From: an uncultured Lentisphaerales bacterium
GTDB lineage: Bacteria; Verrucomicrobiota; Lentisphaeria; JABSQK01; UBA12247
Length of the DNA: 64,000 nt
Direction: 5' to 3'
NCBI GenBank assembly: GCA_943788985.1
Contig: CALSSJ010000018.1
Coordinates: 64,001 to 128,000, forward strand
The translations under genes were made by a program, and so were the position numbers. Within the stretch, counting starts at the first letter, position 1. Each line of letters starts with the position of its first letter. The notes under the pieces are model-generated. The model was not told the DNA's origin. It was given only the letters and a program-made list of their open reading frames with translations, and did no database searches. Of this stretch, positions 33,070 through 43,145 are shown one piece after another.

Positions 33070-35532
33070 ATGATGCACACATATAAACTGATCTTTTTGG
33101 CGTTGGCGATGCTGGCGCAGTTCGCGGTTGCGGACGTCTGGGATGAGCTTGCGAGTTTTAAAGGAACTACAGCGAAGACCGCGCCGCCGACAGTGGTAGA
33201 GGATCTGATCGTCAGTACACCTGCCGATAAGATGGGGCCGATTGAGGCCAAGTTGATTGGGATCGTCACGTCGCCGGAGGCGACGGTGGAGGCGAAGCGG
33301 TTCGCGTGTCGCATGCTGCAGCGTGTGGGGACAGAGACCTGTGTTTCAGCGGTTCAAGGCTTGTTGGGCGATGCTCAGATGGCGCACTATGCGCGTCTTG
33401 TGCTCGAGCGGCTGCCGGAGTCAGCGGTAGCGGGCGATGCCTTGGTGGAGGCTTTGGATAGCGCAGCTGACGGCGCGAAGGCCGGGATTCTGAGTAGCAT
33501 CGGGGTGCGTGGGGATGTGCGATCTACTGCCGCTGTTGCCGCGTATGCAGGCAGCGACAATGCGGCCCATGCGGCCGCCGCGCTTCAAGCGCTCGGGATG
33601 TTGGGCGGAGAAGCTGCCCGCGATGCGCTGGTCGCGGTAGATCTCTCGCCTAGCCCGGCGCTGCAGGCTACCCGTGATGGAGCCCTGATTGTGGCTGCCG
33701 ACGGTTTGAAGGATGCCAAGACATTGGCGAGGATCTACGGGGCGACGAAGGCCGAAGGGGTGCGTATGGCTGCACTTCGCGCGCTGATTCGTGCCGATGA
33801 GGCGCAGGCTGTGCCGATCGTGAGTGGGCTGATCGCTGGTGAAGATTCCCGCGTGAGAAATGCCGCGTTGTCCGCGTTGGGCCGAGATGGCGGGGCTGCG
33901 CTCACCGCTGCGGCCGTGGCCACGCTGGGGACCCTGCCGACGGACAGGAAACTGGTCGTGATTGCAGTGCTGGGCCAACGAGGTGATGCGACAGCTATTC
34001 CCGGGATTCAGGCGTATGTGGAAGCGGAAGATGCCGCTGTTGGGGAAGCGGCGTTGATGGCGCTGGCGGCTCTGGGTGATGGCACGACCGTGCCAATCCT
34101 GTTGGACTACGCAGAGGGGAGCCGGAAAACTGCTGCGCTGGAAGCTTTGCAGGCGATGACTCACCCAACTACGAACGGCAGTTTGATCGTTGAACTGCAG
34201 AACAATGACCGCAGTGTGGCGGCATGTGACGCTCTGGCTAGGCGCGCAGCCAAGGAAGCCAAGCCAGCTCTGAAAGCACTCACGACTCACGCTGATCCGC
34301 TGGTGCAGCGTGCTGCCTGGAGCGCGCTGGGCGCCACGGCCACGATCGCCGATCTGGATGAGTTGATGACCCAGGCGCTGTCGATTGAGGATGCGAAGAC
34401 CGCGAGAATGGTGTATGGCTGCGTGCGTGCAGTGAGTGCCGTCGCTACGGACAAAAATGCGTGTATCGAGGCTGTCGGCAGGCACTACGAGAGTGCAGAT
34501 CAGTATGCCAAGATGTTTATCCTGGATCTTGCCGCAGCAGGCGGGAGCAGCAAGGGGATTGAGTACGCGAAAAGTGCGCTGGCATCTGGAGACGAAAAGC
34601 TGTACAACAAGGCGGTGCGCTCGCTGGCAGCCTGGTTTGAACCCGGACCTGCAATAGGAGAACTACTGAATCTGGCGCGCAATGCGCCGGAAGAGAAAAA
34701 TCGAATCCTTGCCCTGCGCGGGTATCTGACACTGGCGGGCAAAGAACAGAACGCGACCAAGGCACTTAAATGGTTGAAGGATGGCCGTGAGCTGGTCCAG
34801 CGTGCGGAAGACAAGCGCTTACTGATCGCCGGGACCGACCGCGGGAAAAACCACAAGCTTATCGAGTTGATTTACGGCTACACGGAGGACGCAGAGGTGT
34901 CCGCAGAGGCTCGATTGGTGGTGTTTAAGATGGCAGATCTGCTGCATCGTCGGAAGAGGCCGGTTCCAGCTGAGGCCATCACTGCTCTGAAGCTGATCGT
35001 TGCGGATCCAGCAAGCGATGCTGCGACCGTGAAGCGGTCCAAGGAAATTCTGGAGAAAGCAGCGAGTACGAAAGCCCCGAAGAAGAGGATCGCCGAGAAG
35101 AAGGCCGATATTATGCGTAACTGGCAGCTGGCTGGCCCATTCAGCGGGGCGGAAAAACTGTTTCTACACGCCTTTATCCCGGAAACTGCGGCGGGCGAGG
35201 TGACCTGGCGCGAGGTGACGGATGCGGACTTCTCTGGAGATCAGATTGACTTCATGAAGACGATGAAGGGCGCCAATCGCGTCGCTTATGTGAAGACCGT
35301 GATTCCCACGAAGAGGGCCCGGACAGCCCGGCTGGAACTGGGCAGCGACGATGGCGTGAAAGTTTGGTTGAACGGTACACTGGTGCATGAGAAAGATGCG
35401 AGGCGCGAGTGCAAGATCGGCGACGATGTCCTTAGCCTGTCTCTGGTGGAGGGGCAGAACCAACTTCTGGTTAAGGTTGTGCAGTATGCCGGGAATTGGG
35501 GATTCGGTGCTCGCCTCGCGCTAACTCCATAA
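33070..35532 (+). CDS. Secreted HEAT-repeat protein with a C-terminal beta-sandwich domain
   Basis: Signal peptide; repeated A..ALG..G helices; NWQLAGPF, LELGSDDGVKVWLNG, G.NQLLVKV.Q..G.WGF. Confidence 0.8.
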   Translation: MMHTYKLIFLALAMLAQFAVADVWDELASFKGTTAKTAPPTVVEDLIVSTPADKMGPIEAKLIGIVTSPEATVEAKRFACRMLQRVGTETCVSAVQGLLGDAQMAHYARLVLERLPESAVAGDALVEALDSAADGAKAGILSSIGVRGDVRSTAAVAAYAGSDNAAHAAAALQALGMLGGEAARDALVAVDLSPSPALQATRDGALIVAADGLKDAKTLARIYGATKAEGVRMAALRALIRADEAQAVPIVSGLIAGEDSRVRNAALSALGRDGGAALTAAAVATLGTLPTDRKLVVIAVLGQRGDATAIPGIQAYVEAEDAAVGEAALMALAALGDGTTVPILLDYAEGSRKTAALEALQAMTHPTTNGSLIVELQNNDRSVAACDALARRAAKEAKPALKALTTHADPLVQRAAWSALGATATIADLDELMTQALSIEDAKTARMVYGCVRAVSAVATDKNACIEAVGRHYESADQYAKMFILDLAAAGGSSKGIEYAKSALASGDEKLYNKAVRSLAAWFEPGPAIGELLNLARNAPEEKNRILALRGYLTLAGKEQNATKALKWLKDGRELVQRAEDKRLLIAGTDRGKNHKLIELIYGYTEDAEVSAEARLVVFKMADLLHRRKRPVPAEAITALKLIVADPASDAATVKRSKEILEKAASTKAPKKRIAEKKADIMRNWQLAGPFSGAEKLFLHAFIPETAAGEVTWREVTDADFSGDQIDFMKTMKGANRVAYVKTVIPTKRARTARLELGSDDGVKVWLNGTLVHEKDARRECKIGDDVLSLSLVEGQNQLLVKVVQYAGNWGFGARLALTP

Positions 35533-35555
35533 AAAAAGATGTATTATGATTTGCG

Positions 35556-35564
35556 TGCTATAGT
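35556..35564 (+). promoter_or_regulatory. Possible extended -10 promoter for the MFS operon
   Basis: TGcTATAGT in an AT-rich gap ~65 bp before the MFS start. Confidence 0.35.
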
Positions 35565-35629
35565 ACCCAGCAATTTGAGTCATGTTCGCGATTGCGGGAA
35601 AAACGGTTAACAAACGGGGAGAAGGCAAA

Positions 35630-37285
35630 ATGGATAATCAGCAAGATCAAGCGGTAGCCAGTCAGACGGGAAGCCACCACGGGCTTAGTGAACGAGAAAA
35701 AATAATGTTGTTCTGGGCGAGTTTTCTTGCTCTGACAGCGGCGGGTGTCGGCTTTGTGCTGCGTTCGCTAGCGGGGACTCAACATTGGGGCGCCGCCTTC
35801 GAAATCACCAACGATCAGGTAGGGGCCTTGTTTGGCGCTGGTCTGTGGCCGATCGCGATCACCATGATCCTTTTTAGCCTGGTCGTAGATAAGGTCGGGT
35901 ACAAGGCGTCGATGATGTGTGCGTTCGCGCTGCAGGGGATTGCCGCGGTGTTGACGATCTATGCCAACAGCTTTAACACCATGCTTGTGGCTTGCCTGGT
36001 TGCGGGCCTTGGCCATGGTATCGTCGAAGCCTGCATTAACCCGCTCTGCGCCTCCATCTATCGGGACCAGAAGAGCAAGATGTTGAACATCCTACATGCT
36101 TCTTGGCCGGCAGGTATCGTGATTGGCGGCGTGGTCTATCTGACCATGTTTACGGGCGCCACAAGCTGGGCCGAGGTAAGTGGCTCTTTCTGGTTCATGT
36201 TCCTGCCTGTGATCGCCTATGGCGTGATGTTCCTGATGTGCCATCACTACCCGGTCGACGAGCGTGTCGAAGCCAAAGTGCCGATGAGCGAGATGCTCAA
36301 GGAATTTGGCGGGCTTGGTGCCTTTATCGCCATCACCTTTCTATTCTACGAAATCTCGAACCAGGTCCCCGCACTGGGTGCAGCGCTGGCTGGCGACATG
36401 GGGCCATTGCCTAAAAAGCTAGCAGTCAGTATCATTGTCGGGATCATTGGCGGCGCGTTTTTTGGCGGCGTGGTTAAGTCCCGTGGTAAGATTCTGTTCT
36501 TTATCCTCTGCCTGATTATGATTCCACTGGCCACTGCGGAGATCGCAACGGACGGTTGGATTCAGAAGCTGATGCGCCCGACCATGGGCGAGTATGCGGG
36601 CTGGGCGCTGGTTTTCTCAGCCGGGATTATGATGGGACTGCGCTTCTTCGCTGGTGTACCGCTGAAGTTTATGTCGCCTCCAGGACTGTTGCTGCTTAGC
36701 TCGGTGTTTTCGATCATCGGCTTGTTCGCGCTATCGATGGCTGACGGTCTTCTGGTCTGGTTTGCCTTTGTCTTCTACGCCATCGGCCAGACCTTCTACT
36801 GGCCTACGGTTCTTGGCTTTGTCGCCGAGCAGTTTCCGAAGGGCGGGGCGATGACCTTGAATACGGTTTCAGCGATGGGACTGCTGACGGTAGGCATTTT
36901 TGGCTTTCCCTTTCTTGGCGCGGTGCAGGATGCCTACACGACCAAAGCCGTGGAGAAGACTCAGCCAGCGTTGGTCCAGAGCTTGCGGGCTGAAGGAACC
37001 ACCTTTACCAACGCCGAGGGCGCAGATGTGCCGATCCTTAACAGGAACCGTCTCTTCGGTGTGAAGTACGATGCGATCAATGCCGAAGAGGTCAAAAAGC
37101 AGATCACAGATGAAGCTGCGCTCGCCGTTCTCGACAAGGATCTCACGCAAGTAGGACGCAGTACGCTGCGAGTCGCGGCTGTATTGCCGAGCATCATGGC
37201 GATCTCCTTCTTGCTGATCATGATCTGGTATCGCAGTCAGGGTGGATATAAACCTGTGCATCTGGTCCACGAGGAAGACGCCTGA
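35630..37285 (+). CDS. MFS transporter (sugar permease-like)
   Basis: About 14 TM; LVVDKVGYK, G.VEA.INP, LNILHA.WPAG, FYWPT.LG.VAEQFPKGGA. Confidence 0.9.
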   Translation: MDNQQDQAVASQTGSHHGLSEREKIMLFWASFLALTAAGVGFVLRSLAGTQHWGAAFEITNDQVGALFGAGLWPIAITMILFSLVVDKVGYKASMMCAFALQGIAAVLTIYANSFNTMLVACLVAGLGHGIVEACINPLCASIYRDQKSKMLNILHASWPAGIVIGGVVYLTMFTGATSWAEVSGSFWFMFLPVIAYGVMFLMCHHYPVDERVEAKVPMSEMLKEFGGLGAFIAITFLFYEISNQVPALGAALAGDMGPLPKKLAVSIIVGIIGGAFFGGVVKSRGKILFFILCLIMIPLATAEIATDGWIQKLMRPTMGEYAGWALVFSAGIMMGLRFFAGVPLKFMSPPGLLLLSSVFSIIGLFALSMADGLLVWFAFVFYAIGQTFYWPTVLGFVAEQFPKGGAMTLNTVSAMGLLTVGIFGFPFLGAVQDAYTTKAVEKTQPALVQSLRAEGTTFTNAEGADVPILNRNRLFGVKYDAINAEEVKKQITDEAALAVLDKDLTQVGRSTLRVAAVLPSIMAISFLLIMIWYRSQGGYKPVHLVHEEDA

Positions 37286-37322
37286 CCGGCTGCGGCAGAC
37301 TATGCAAAAAAGGAAGAACGAG

Positions 37323-38687
37323 ATGAACGCATCCGAAAGTTCTGAGGGAGTAACTCGCAGAGATTTTGTTCGCTCGGTGGCGGCAGCCGGGGCTGTGCTT
37401 GCAGCCAACGGTGCCCCGCTGGCCCGAGCTACGAATGCCGCTGCGTTGAGTGCAGATACGCTCAATGTGGCTGTGATCGGCACTGGCCAGCAGGGCAAGG
37501 GAGCTTTGATTGAGTCTTCCGTACCTGCGATTCCAGGCATCCGCTACAAAGCGGTTTGTGACATTTGGGATAAGAACCGGAATGCTGCGGTCGACTATCT
37601 GAAGCTCTATGGCCATGAGCCCAAAGCCTACGTGGATTACCAGGAAATGCTCGCTGCGGAGACCGATCTGGATGCGGTGATCGTGGCGACTCCCGACTGG
37701 ATGCACGCCGAGCACACTATTGCCGCCCTAGAGGCTGGCCATCATGTGTACTGCGAGAAGGAAATGTCCAACTCGCTTACCGGCGCGCGGGACATGGTTC
37801 TGGCTGCACGTAAGGCCGGAAAGCTGCTGCAAATTGGGCATCAGCGTCGCAGCAACCCGCGCTATATTCACGCGGTCCAGCGGCTGGTGCACGACCAGAA
37901 GCTGCTCGGGCGGGTTACCCATGCAAATGCCCATTGGAACCGCTCTATCGCCGCAGCCCGTGACATCGGCTGTAGCTACGCTGATGTGCTGCCAGCGGCC
38001 ACGCTGGCGAAGTATGGCTATGCCTCGATGCAGCAGTTCTTGAACTGGCGTTGGTATAAAAAGTACGGTGGTGGTCCGATTGTGGATCTAGGCTCGCATC
38101 AGATCGATCTTTTTGAGTGGGTCTTCGAGACCACACCACGGTCCGTGGTTGCCTCAGGGGGGATCGACTTCCACACGCATCACGAGTGGTATGACAACGT
38201 CTTGTGCATTTATGAGTACGAGACCGATCACGGCATCTGCCGCGCGTTCTATCAGACGCTCACCACTAGTTCACACGGCGGAAACTCCGAAGCTTTCATG
38301 GGCGAGAACGGCACGCTGCTGATCTCCGAAGTGGAAGCACGCGGTAACGCGGTCGAGAAAGAGAAGCATGCGCCGGATTGGAACATTCTAGTGCAGCAGG
38401 GGCTGCTGAAGGCAGAAGGCCAGAAGGTCGTGCAGACCAAGACCAAGAATACGTGGCTGGATGCTCGCGAGAGTCCCGGATTGCCCGCTTGGCCGCTGCC
38501 GATTGAGCTGGCCAAGAAGCCGCATCAACCGCACATGGAGAATTTCTTTGACACCATTCGTGGCAAGTCGGAGCTGAATTGTCCCGGGGAAGTCGGCTAT
38601 GCGACAGCGTTTGCGGTACTGGCGGTCAATGAAGCGGTGCGTACCAATGAGCGCATTATCTTTACGCCCTCCGATTTTCACGTATAA
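37323..38687 (+). CDS. Tat-exported Gfo/Idh/MocA oxidoreductase
   Basis: TRRDFVR, IGTGQQG, TPDWMH, YCEKEM, IGHQRRS, NWRWY, DLGSHQID. Confidence 0.93.
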   Translation: MNASESSEGVTRRDFVRSVAAAGAVLAANGAPLARATNAAALSADTLNVAVIGTGQQGKGALIESSVPAIPGIRYKAVCDIWDKNRNAAVDYLKLYGHEPKAYVDYQEMLAAETDLDAVIVATPDWMHAEHTIAALEAGHHVYCEKEMSNSLTGARDMVLAARKAGKLLQIGHQRRSNPRYIHAVQRLVHDQKLLGRVTHANAHWNRSIAAARDIGCSYADVLPAATLAKYGYASMQQFLNWRWYKKYGGGPIVDLGSHQIDLFEWVFETTPRSVVASGGIDFHTHHEWYDNVLCIYEYETDHGICRAFYQTLTTSSHGGNSEAFMGENGTLLISEVEARGNAVEKEKHAPDWNILVQQGLLKAEGQKVVQTKTKNTWLDARESPGLPAWPLPIELAKKPHQPHMENFFDTIRGKSELNCPGEVGYATAFAVLAVNEAVRTNERIIFTPSDFHV

Positions 38688-41644
38688 TGCATAGAAACCT
38701 GATGCCAAAATTTACCGCGGTCGTCCTACTCCTAGCGATTGCCTGGACTGTCTCAGCGGCACACGATTGGGACGGCAGCCCGGTTCTGCCCGTGCATCGT
38801 ATTCCGCTGCACGATGAAGATGGCGTGAAGATTCTGTCCGATGCGGAGAACGCCAAGCCGATCTCCGCCCGGGCTACCTGTATCCAGTGCCATGACTACG
38901 ACGCCATCCAGACCGGTTGGCATTTTAGTAGCGAGGGCGATCTCGAAGGACGCGCGACAGAACCTTGGGTGATGGTGGACGAGAAGTCCGGCACGCAGTT
39001 GCCGATTTCTCGCCGTGGTGCTGCTGGCACTTGGGCACCAGAGCATCTCGGGATGTCGGACTGGGACTTCATCAAGCAGTTCGCGCGTCACATGCCTGGC
39101 GGCGGGCCAGGGGAGGGCGAGCGTGCCGCTGCGGATCCGGACTCGCGCTGGACCGTCTCTGGGGATCTAGAGATCAACTGCTTTGTCTGTCACAACACTG
39201 GACCGCATCAGGATATGACCGAGTGGGTCAAACAGATCGCGCGGGAGAATTTTCGCTGGGCGGCCACGGCGGCTGCCTGCCTAGGCGAAGTCAGCGGCAT
39301 GGCCGCGCGCCTGCCAGCCACTTGGAATCCCTCCGACGGCCCGGACCCGGATGACCTGATCTATCGCGTACCACCGAGCGTGACCTATCCCGAGACGCTT
39401 TTCGACAGCAAAGACCGCGTGGTTCTCGATTTGGGCAAGCCGACTGACGCTCGCTGTATTCAATGTCACGCTGTTGCCGAAGTCGGCAAAGCCAAGCATC
39501 ATGTCACCGGCGATATTCACACGCGGGCCGGAATGGATTGTATAAGCTGCCATAGCAACGGGATCGACCACAAGATCGATCGCGGTTCTACCGGCGCGTT
39601 TTCCTGCGCTGGCTGCCATGGGCTGGAGGACAGCGAGGCTGATATTGGGTCCTATGGGGCACCTATTCCCGAGCACAAAGGCCTGCCACCGATCCATCTA
39701 GAGAAAATGGCCTGTACCGCGTGCCATTCCGGTGTAGCGATCGACCACGGTCCTTCACTGGTGCGGACGTCCAAGATTAACCGGCTGGGGATCCACGGCC
39801 GGGCACAGTGGATGATTGAAGCACCGCAGATTCTCGAGCCAATCTTCAAACGCGACGGATCCGGCAAGATTGCCCCGCATCGCATGATGTGGCCCGCCTT
39901 CTGGGCACGGAGTAGTGGCGATGACCTGAAGCCGCTGGACGCGCAGGACGTGATGGCCCAGAGCAGCGACATTCTGGATCCTGCCATGGTTGTGGCGAGC
40001 GTCTTGTCCCGGCTTGGCAAGATCAAGGACCAAGACGGGTATGCTTACGGGCAGCCGGTGTTCGTCAGCGATGGCATCGTCTACCAGTCGACAGCGGATG
40101 GTGGTCTGGACCAGCACCCGTACAACGGGGAGATTCCAGGAGCGTTTCGTTTCGGCTACATTGTAGATAACGCACTGCTGCCGATTGCGGAGCCGTACGA
40201 CGCGGAGGAGGAGAATGGCTTCTATTATCTCGACGAGAGCCGTCAGGAGCATGTGATCAGCGTCTTGACTGCGTTGGCGGAGATCGCGCCCGATGGTACT
40301 ACACCCGCCTGGATTCTGGGCTCGAAGCTGCATAGACTTCAGAATGTAGAGTACGCATTGTTGCCCGCCGAGGAGTTTGCCCAGCTCAAGCAGGACGCCG
40401 AGAAGGCAAAGGTGGCTGTCACGACGCTGGCGACGAAGCTGGACGTCGCTACTGAAGTGGATGGCACCAAGCAGAAGTTCTATCGCAAGAGCGACAAGAC
40501 CGAGCTCAAGGCGTCGCGCTCGAAGACGCCAGAGCTCTACAAGCTCAAGGTGCTAATGAAGGAACAGCGCAAGGCCGAAGCGAAGCTGAGCGAGCTGGAA
40601 GTCATTGGCGACAAGGCCTATCGTAACACCTTCCAAAAGAACACCTCGCAGTACCCGGTGATCGAAGAGTTCAAAGGAACATCTAATACTGCCTGGGGCT
40701 GGGTGAAAGATGATCAGGCTCAACCGCTTGTACCGGACTATGTCGGTGCGTTCGTGACCGCGACAGGAGGTGGCGACACCGTTGCATTTACGGAGAAACA
40801 GATCGCCATGGCTTTGGAAAAGCTAGGCGAGGACGTGGTCTACGTTTCAGGGGGAAAGGTCTTTAGTCGCAACGCGGATGGCTCGCTGAAGGCGTCTGAG
40901 CATCAGCGGGCGGAGCCGGTATCCTGGCCGCTCGGTCATGATGTGCGGCCAGCCGCACAATCGCTCGGTGCCAAGGGCTGCGCAGAATGTCACAGCGCCG
41001 ACGCGCCCTTCTTGTTTGCGAACGTTGCAGCGCAGGGGCCGTTGCAGTCAGACCAGACTGCCACAGCAACCATGGCTGCCCACATGCAGCTGGACAGCAG
41101 CTATCATCAGCTCTTCGGCCTGAGCTTCACTACCAGGCCGCTGTTCAAGGCGATCATGCTGGCCCTAGCCATCATCGCCTTGCTGGTGCTGGCGGCCTAC
41201 GCCCTGTCTGGCATTCGAGGACTGTCGCAGCGGGCCGAGAAGCCAAAGCTGGCAGCAGCTGCGATGACCGTAGGGGCGATTTCAACTGTGATCCTCGCCC
41301 TCACCGGTTTTGGCGGAGACTGGACTGGTGGGCTGGGGGGCTATATGCTGCTTGTTCACGTAGGCGTGGGCGGACTGTTTGCTGCCTGCCTTGCCTTGGT
41401 TGCGTTGCTGAAAGCCCACGATCATGGCGCAGGAGGCTCGTGTTACGCTCGGAACGCTAGTTTCTGGACCATGATTGTCTGCGGAATTGTCTTGATTCTC
41501 AGCATTCTCGTGTCGATGGTGCCACTGCTCGGAACTGCCGGGCAGCACAGCGCTCTCCAGGTGCATGAAATCGCCGCGGCGGTGTTCCTGGTGGCGGCAG
41601 CCGTCTACGCGATCTCTAGACGGAGCTGCAAGTCGGGAGCATAG
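38687..41644 (+). CDS. Membrane-anchored multiheme cytochrome c (7 CxxCH) with a C-terminal ~5-TM His-containing domain
   Basis: Sec signal; CIQCH, CFVCH, CIQCH, CISCH, CAGCH, CTACH, CAECH; TM His in LLVHVG and QVHEI; TAATG coupling to the upstream gene. Confidence 0.88.
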   Translation: MHRNLMPKFTAVVLLLAIAWTVSAAHDWDGSPVLPVHRIPLHDEDGVKILSDAENAKPISARATCIQCHDYDAIQTGWHFSSEGDLEGRATEPWVMVDEKSGTQLPISRRGAAGTWAPEHLGMSDWDFIKQFARHMPGGGPGEGERAAADPDSRWTVSGDLEINCFVCHNTGPHQDMTEWVKQIARENFRWAATAAACLGEVSGMAARLPATWNPSDGPDPDDLIYRVPPSVTYPETLFDSKDRVVLDLGKPTDARCIQCHAVAEVGKAKHHVTGDIHTRAGMDCISCHSNGIDHKIDRGSTGAFSCAGCHGLEDSEADIGSYGAPIPEHKGLPPIHLEKMACTACHSGVAIDHGPSLVRTSKINRLGIHGRAQWMIEAPQILEPIFKRDGSGKIAPHRMMWPAFWARSSGDDLKPLDAQDVMAQSSDILDPAMVVASVLSRLGKIKDQDGYAYGQPVFVSDGIVYQSTADGGLDQHPYNGEIPGAFRFGYIVDNALLPIAEPYDAEEENGFYYLDESRQEHVISVLTALAEIAPDGTTPAWILGSKLHRLQNVEYALLPAEEFAQLKQDAEKAKVAVTTLATKLDVATEVDGTKQKFYRKSDKTELKASRSKTPELYKLKVLMKEQRKAEAKLSELEVIGDKAYRNTFQKNTSQYPVIEEFKGTSNTAWGWVKDDQAQPLVPDYVGAFVTATGGGDTVAFTEKQIAMALEKLGEDVVYVSGGKVFSRNADGSLKASEHQRAEPVSWPLGHDVRPAAQSLGAKGCAECHSADAPFLFANVAAQGPLQSDQTATATMAAHMQLDSSYHQLFGLSFTTRPLFKAIMLALAIIALLVLAAYALSGIRGLSQRAEKPKLAAAAMTVGAISTVILALTGFGGDWTGGLGGYMLLVHVGVGGLFAACLALVALLKAHDHGAGGSCYARNASFWTMIVCGIVLILSILVSMVPLLGTAGQHSALQVHEIAAAVFLVAAAVYAISRRSCKSGA

Positions 41645-41649
41645 GGTTA

Positions 41650-42426
41650 GTGGCCTACAGCTTTCATCATAGCGCCATGAACTCGCCCTTCGAGATTCAC
41701 ATTGCCGGGCAGGACGAGAACTATGCGCGGCAAGCTGCCGGTGCGTTTTTCCGGGGCATCGACCATCTGGAAAACAATCTCAGCCGCTTTCTCGAGGACA
41801 GCGATATCGCGCGCATTCGACTCTTAATGCCAGGGCAAGTGTTACAAGTGAGCCCAGAGACGATGGAGTGCCTGCTGGTCGCCCTTTGGGCCTATCGCGA
41901 GACCAGTGGAGCTTTCGATGTCATGCTCGGCGAGGGTATGGATGCGTTGCGCCTGGACCCGGAGAGATTGAGCGTGAGCTGCGAACTCCGCAACCCGGCC
42001 GTAGACCTCGGCGGAATTGGCAAAGGCTTTGCGCTTGATCGGGGTGCCGAGATCATGGCAGAGTGGGATATTGAGCATGCGCTGCTGGTGGCTGGCCCCA
42101 GTACGATGCTGGCGCTGGGATCGCAGGATGGTGTGCCGTGGTCCGTCGGGCTCAACGGCACAGCAGTAGACTTAGAGGATCAAGCGCTGAGCGCGTCCGG
42201 GAAGGATGTCCAGGGCGCTCATGTGCGCGACCCGCGAGCTGGCGTCGAAGCCACAGGTCACGAAAAGGCCTGGGTACTGTGCCCGTCTGCCGCGCTGGCG
42301 GATGCGCTCTCCACAGCCTTTATGGTGATGAATCGCGAAGAGGTCGCAGACTTCTGCCGAACTCATCCAGAAATCCGGAGTCATGTTTTAGACCAACATA
42401 GTACGTTTACATCTTACAATCAGTAA
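41650..42426 (+). CDS. apbE: FAD:protein FMN transferase (ApbE family), no signal peptide
   Basis: AM.S.F.I, LSRF..DSDI, TSGAFDV, DLGGIGKGFALD, SASG, H..DPR.G, AALADALSTAF. Confidence 0.88.
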   Translation: MAYSFHHSAMNSPFEIHIAGQDENYARQAAGAFFRGIDHLENNLSRFLEDSDIARIRLLMPGQVLQVSPETMECLLVALWAYRETSGAFDVMLGEGMDALRLDPERLSVSCELRNPAVDLGGIGKGFALDRGAEIMAEWDIEHALLVAGPSTMLALGSQDGVPWSVGLNGTAVDLEDQALSASGKDVQGAHVRDPRAGVEATGHEKAWVLCPSAALADALSTAFMVMNREEVADFCRTHPEIRSHVLDQHSTFTSYNQ

Positions 42427-42451
42427 TCCCACACAAACGACAGGACACACC

Positions 42452-43105
42452 ATGAAGACCACTCTCACACTCGCAGTACTCCTCCTCTTTAGCGCGCCTG
42501 CTATGATGGCCCAAGCCGTAGTCCCGCTGAAGATTGAGTTGCCTAAGCCGATGTTTGTCGGGACGCCGAAGACGGTGAAGTCCGGCAATCTTGAAGCGGA
42601 TCGCAAGAAGAAGCCACGCCCACCGGTCATGGTCCCGAAGGACGTCGAAAATGTGGCCGCAGACATGGTCGTGAGCAGCAGCGACATGTTTCCCGTGATC
42701 GGCGATCTTGAGCTGGCAACCGACGGCGACAAGGAAGGTGCCGATGGCAGCTTTGTCGAGCTCGGCCCAGGCAAGCAGTACATCCAGATTGATCTCGAAG
42801 AAACCCGCGCGATCTACGCCATTGTAATCTGGCACTTCCACAGCCAGGCCCGCGTCTATCGCGACGTGGTAGTGCAGGTTGCCGATGATGAGGACTTCAT
42901 CACCAACGTGCGCACGATCTTCAACAACGACCACGACAACTCCTCTGGGCTTGGCATTGGCACGGACAAAGAGTATATCGAGACCTTCGAAGGCCGGCCG
43001 CTGGCAGTAAAAGGCGAGAAGGCACAATTTGTCCGTCTCTACAGCAATGGCAGCACGTCCAGCGAAATGAATCACTACACGGAGGTCGAAGTCTACGGCA
43101 AGTAG
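42452..43105 (+). CDS. Secreted discoidin (F5/8 type C)-like protein
   Basis: Signal peptide; NVA...V.SS, ATDGD, YIQIDL, AQFVRLYSNG, EVEVYG. Confidence 0.7.
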   Translation: MKTTLTLAVLLLFSAPAMMAQAVVPLKIELPKPMFVGTPKTVKSGNLEADRKKKPRPPVMVPKDVENVAADMVVSSSDMFPVIGDLELATDGDKEGADGSFVELGPGKQYIQIDLEETRAIYAIVIWHFHSQARVYRDVVVQVADDEDFITNVRTIFNNDHDNSSGLGIGTDKEYIETFEGRPLAVKGEKAQFVRLYSNGSTSSEMNHYTEVEVYGK

Positions 43106-43145
43106 GCCGACCACACCGCACGTCGACAGAAACAAGGCCCGCTCG

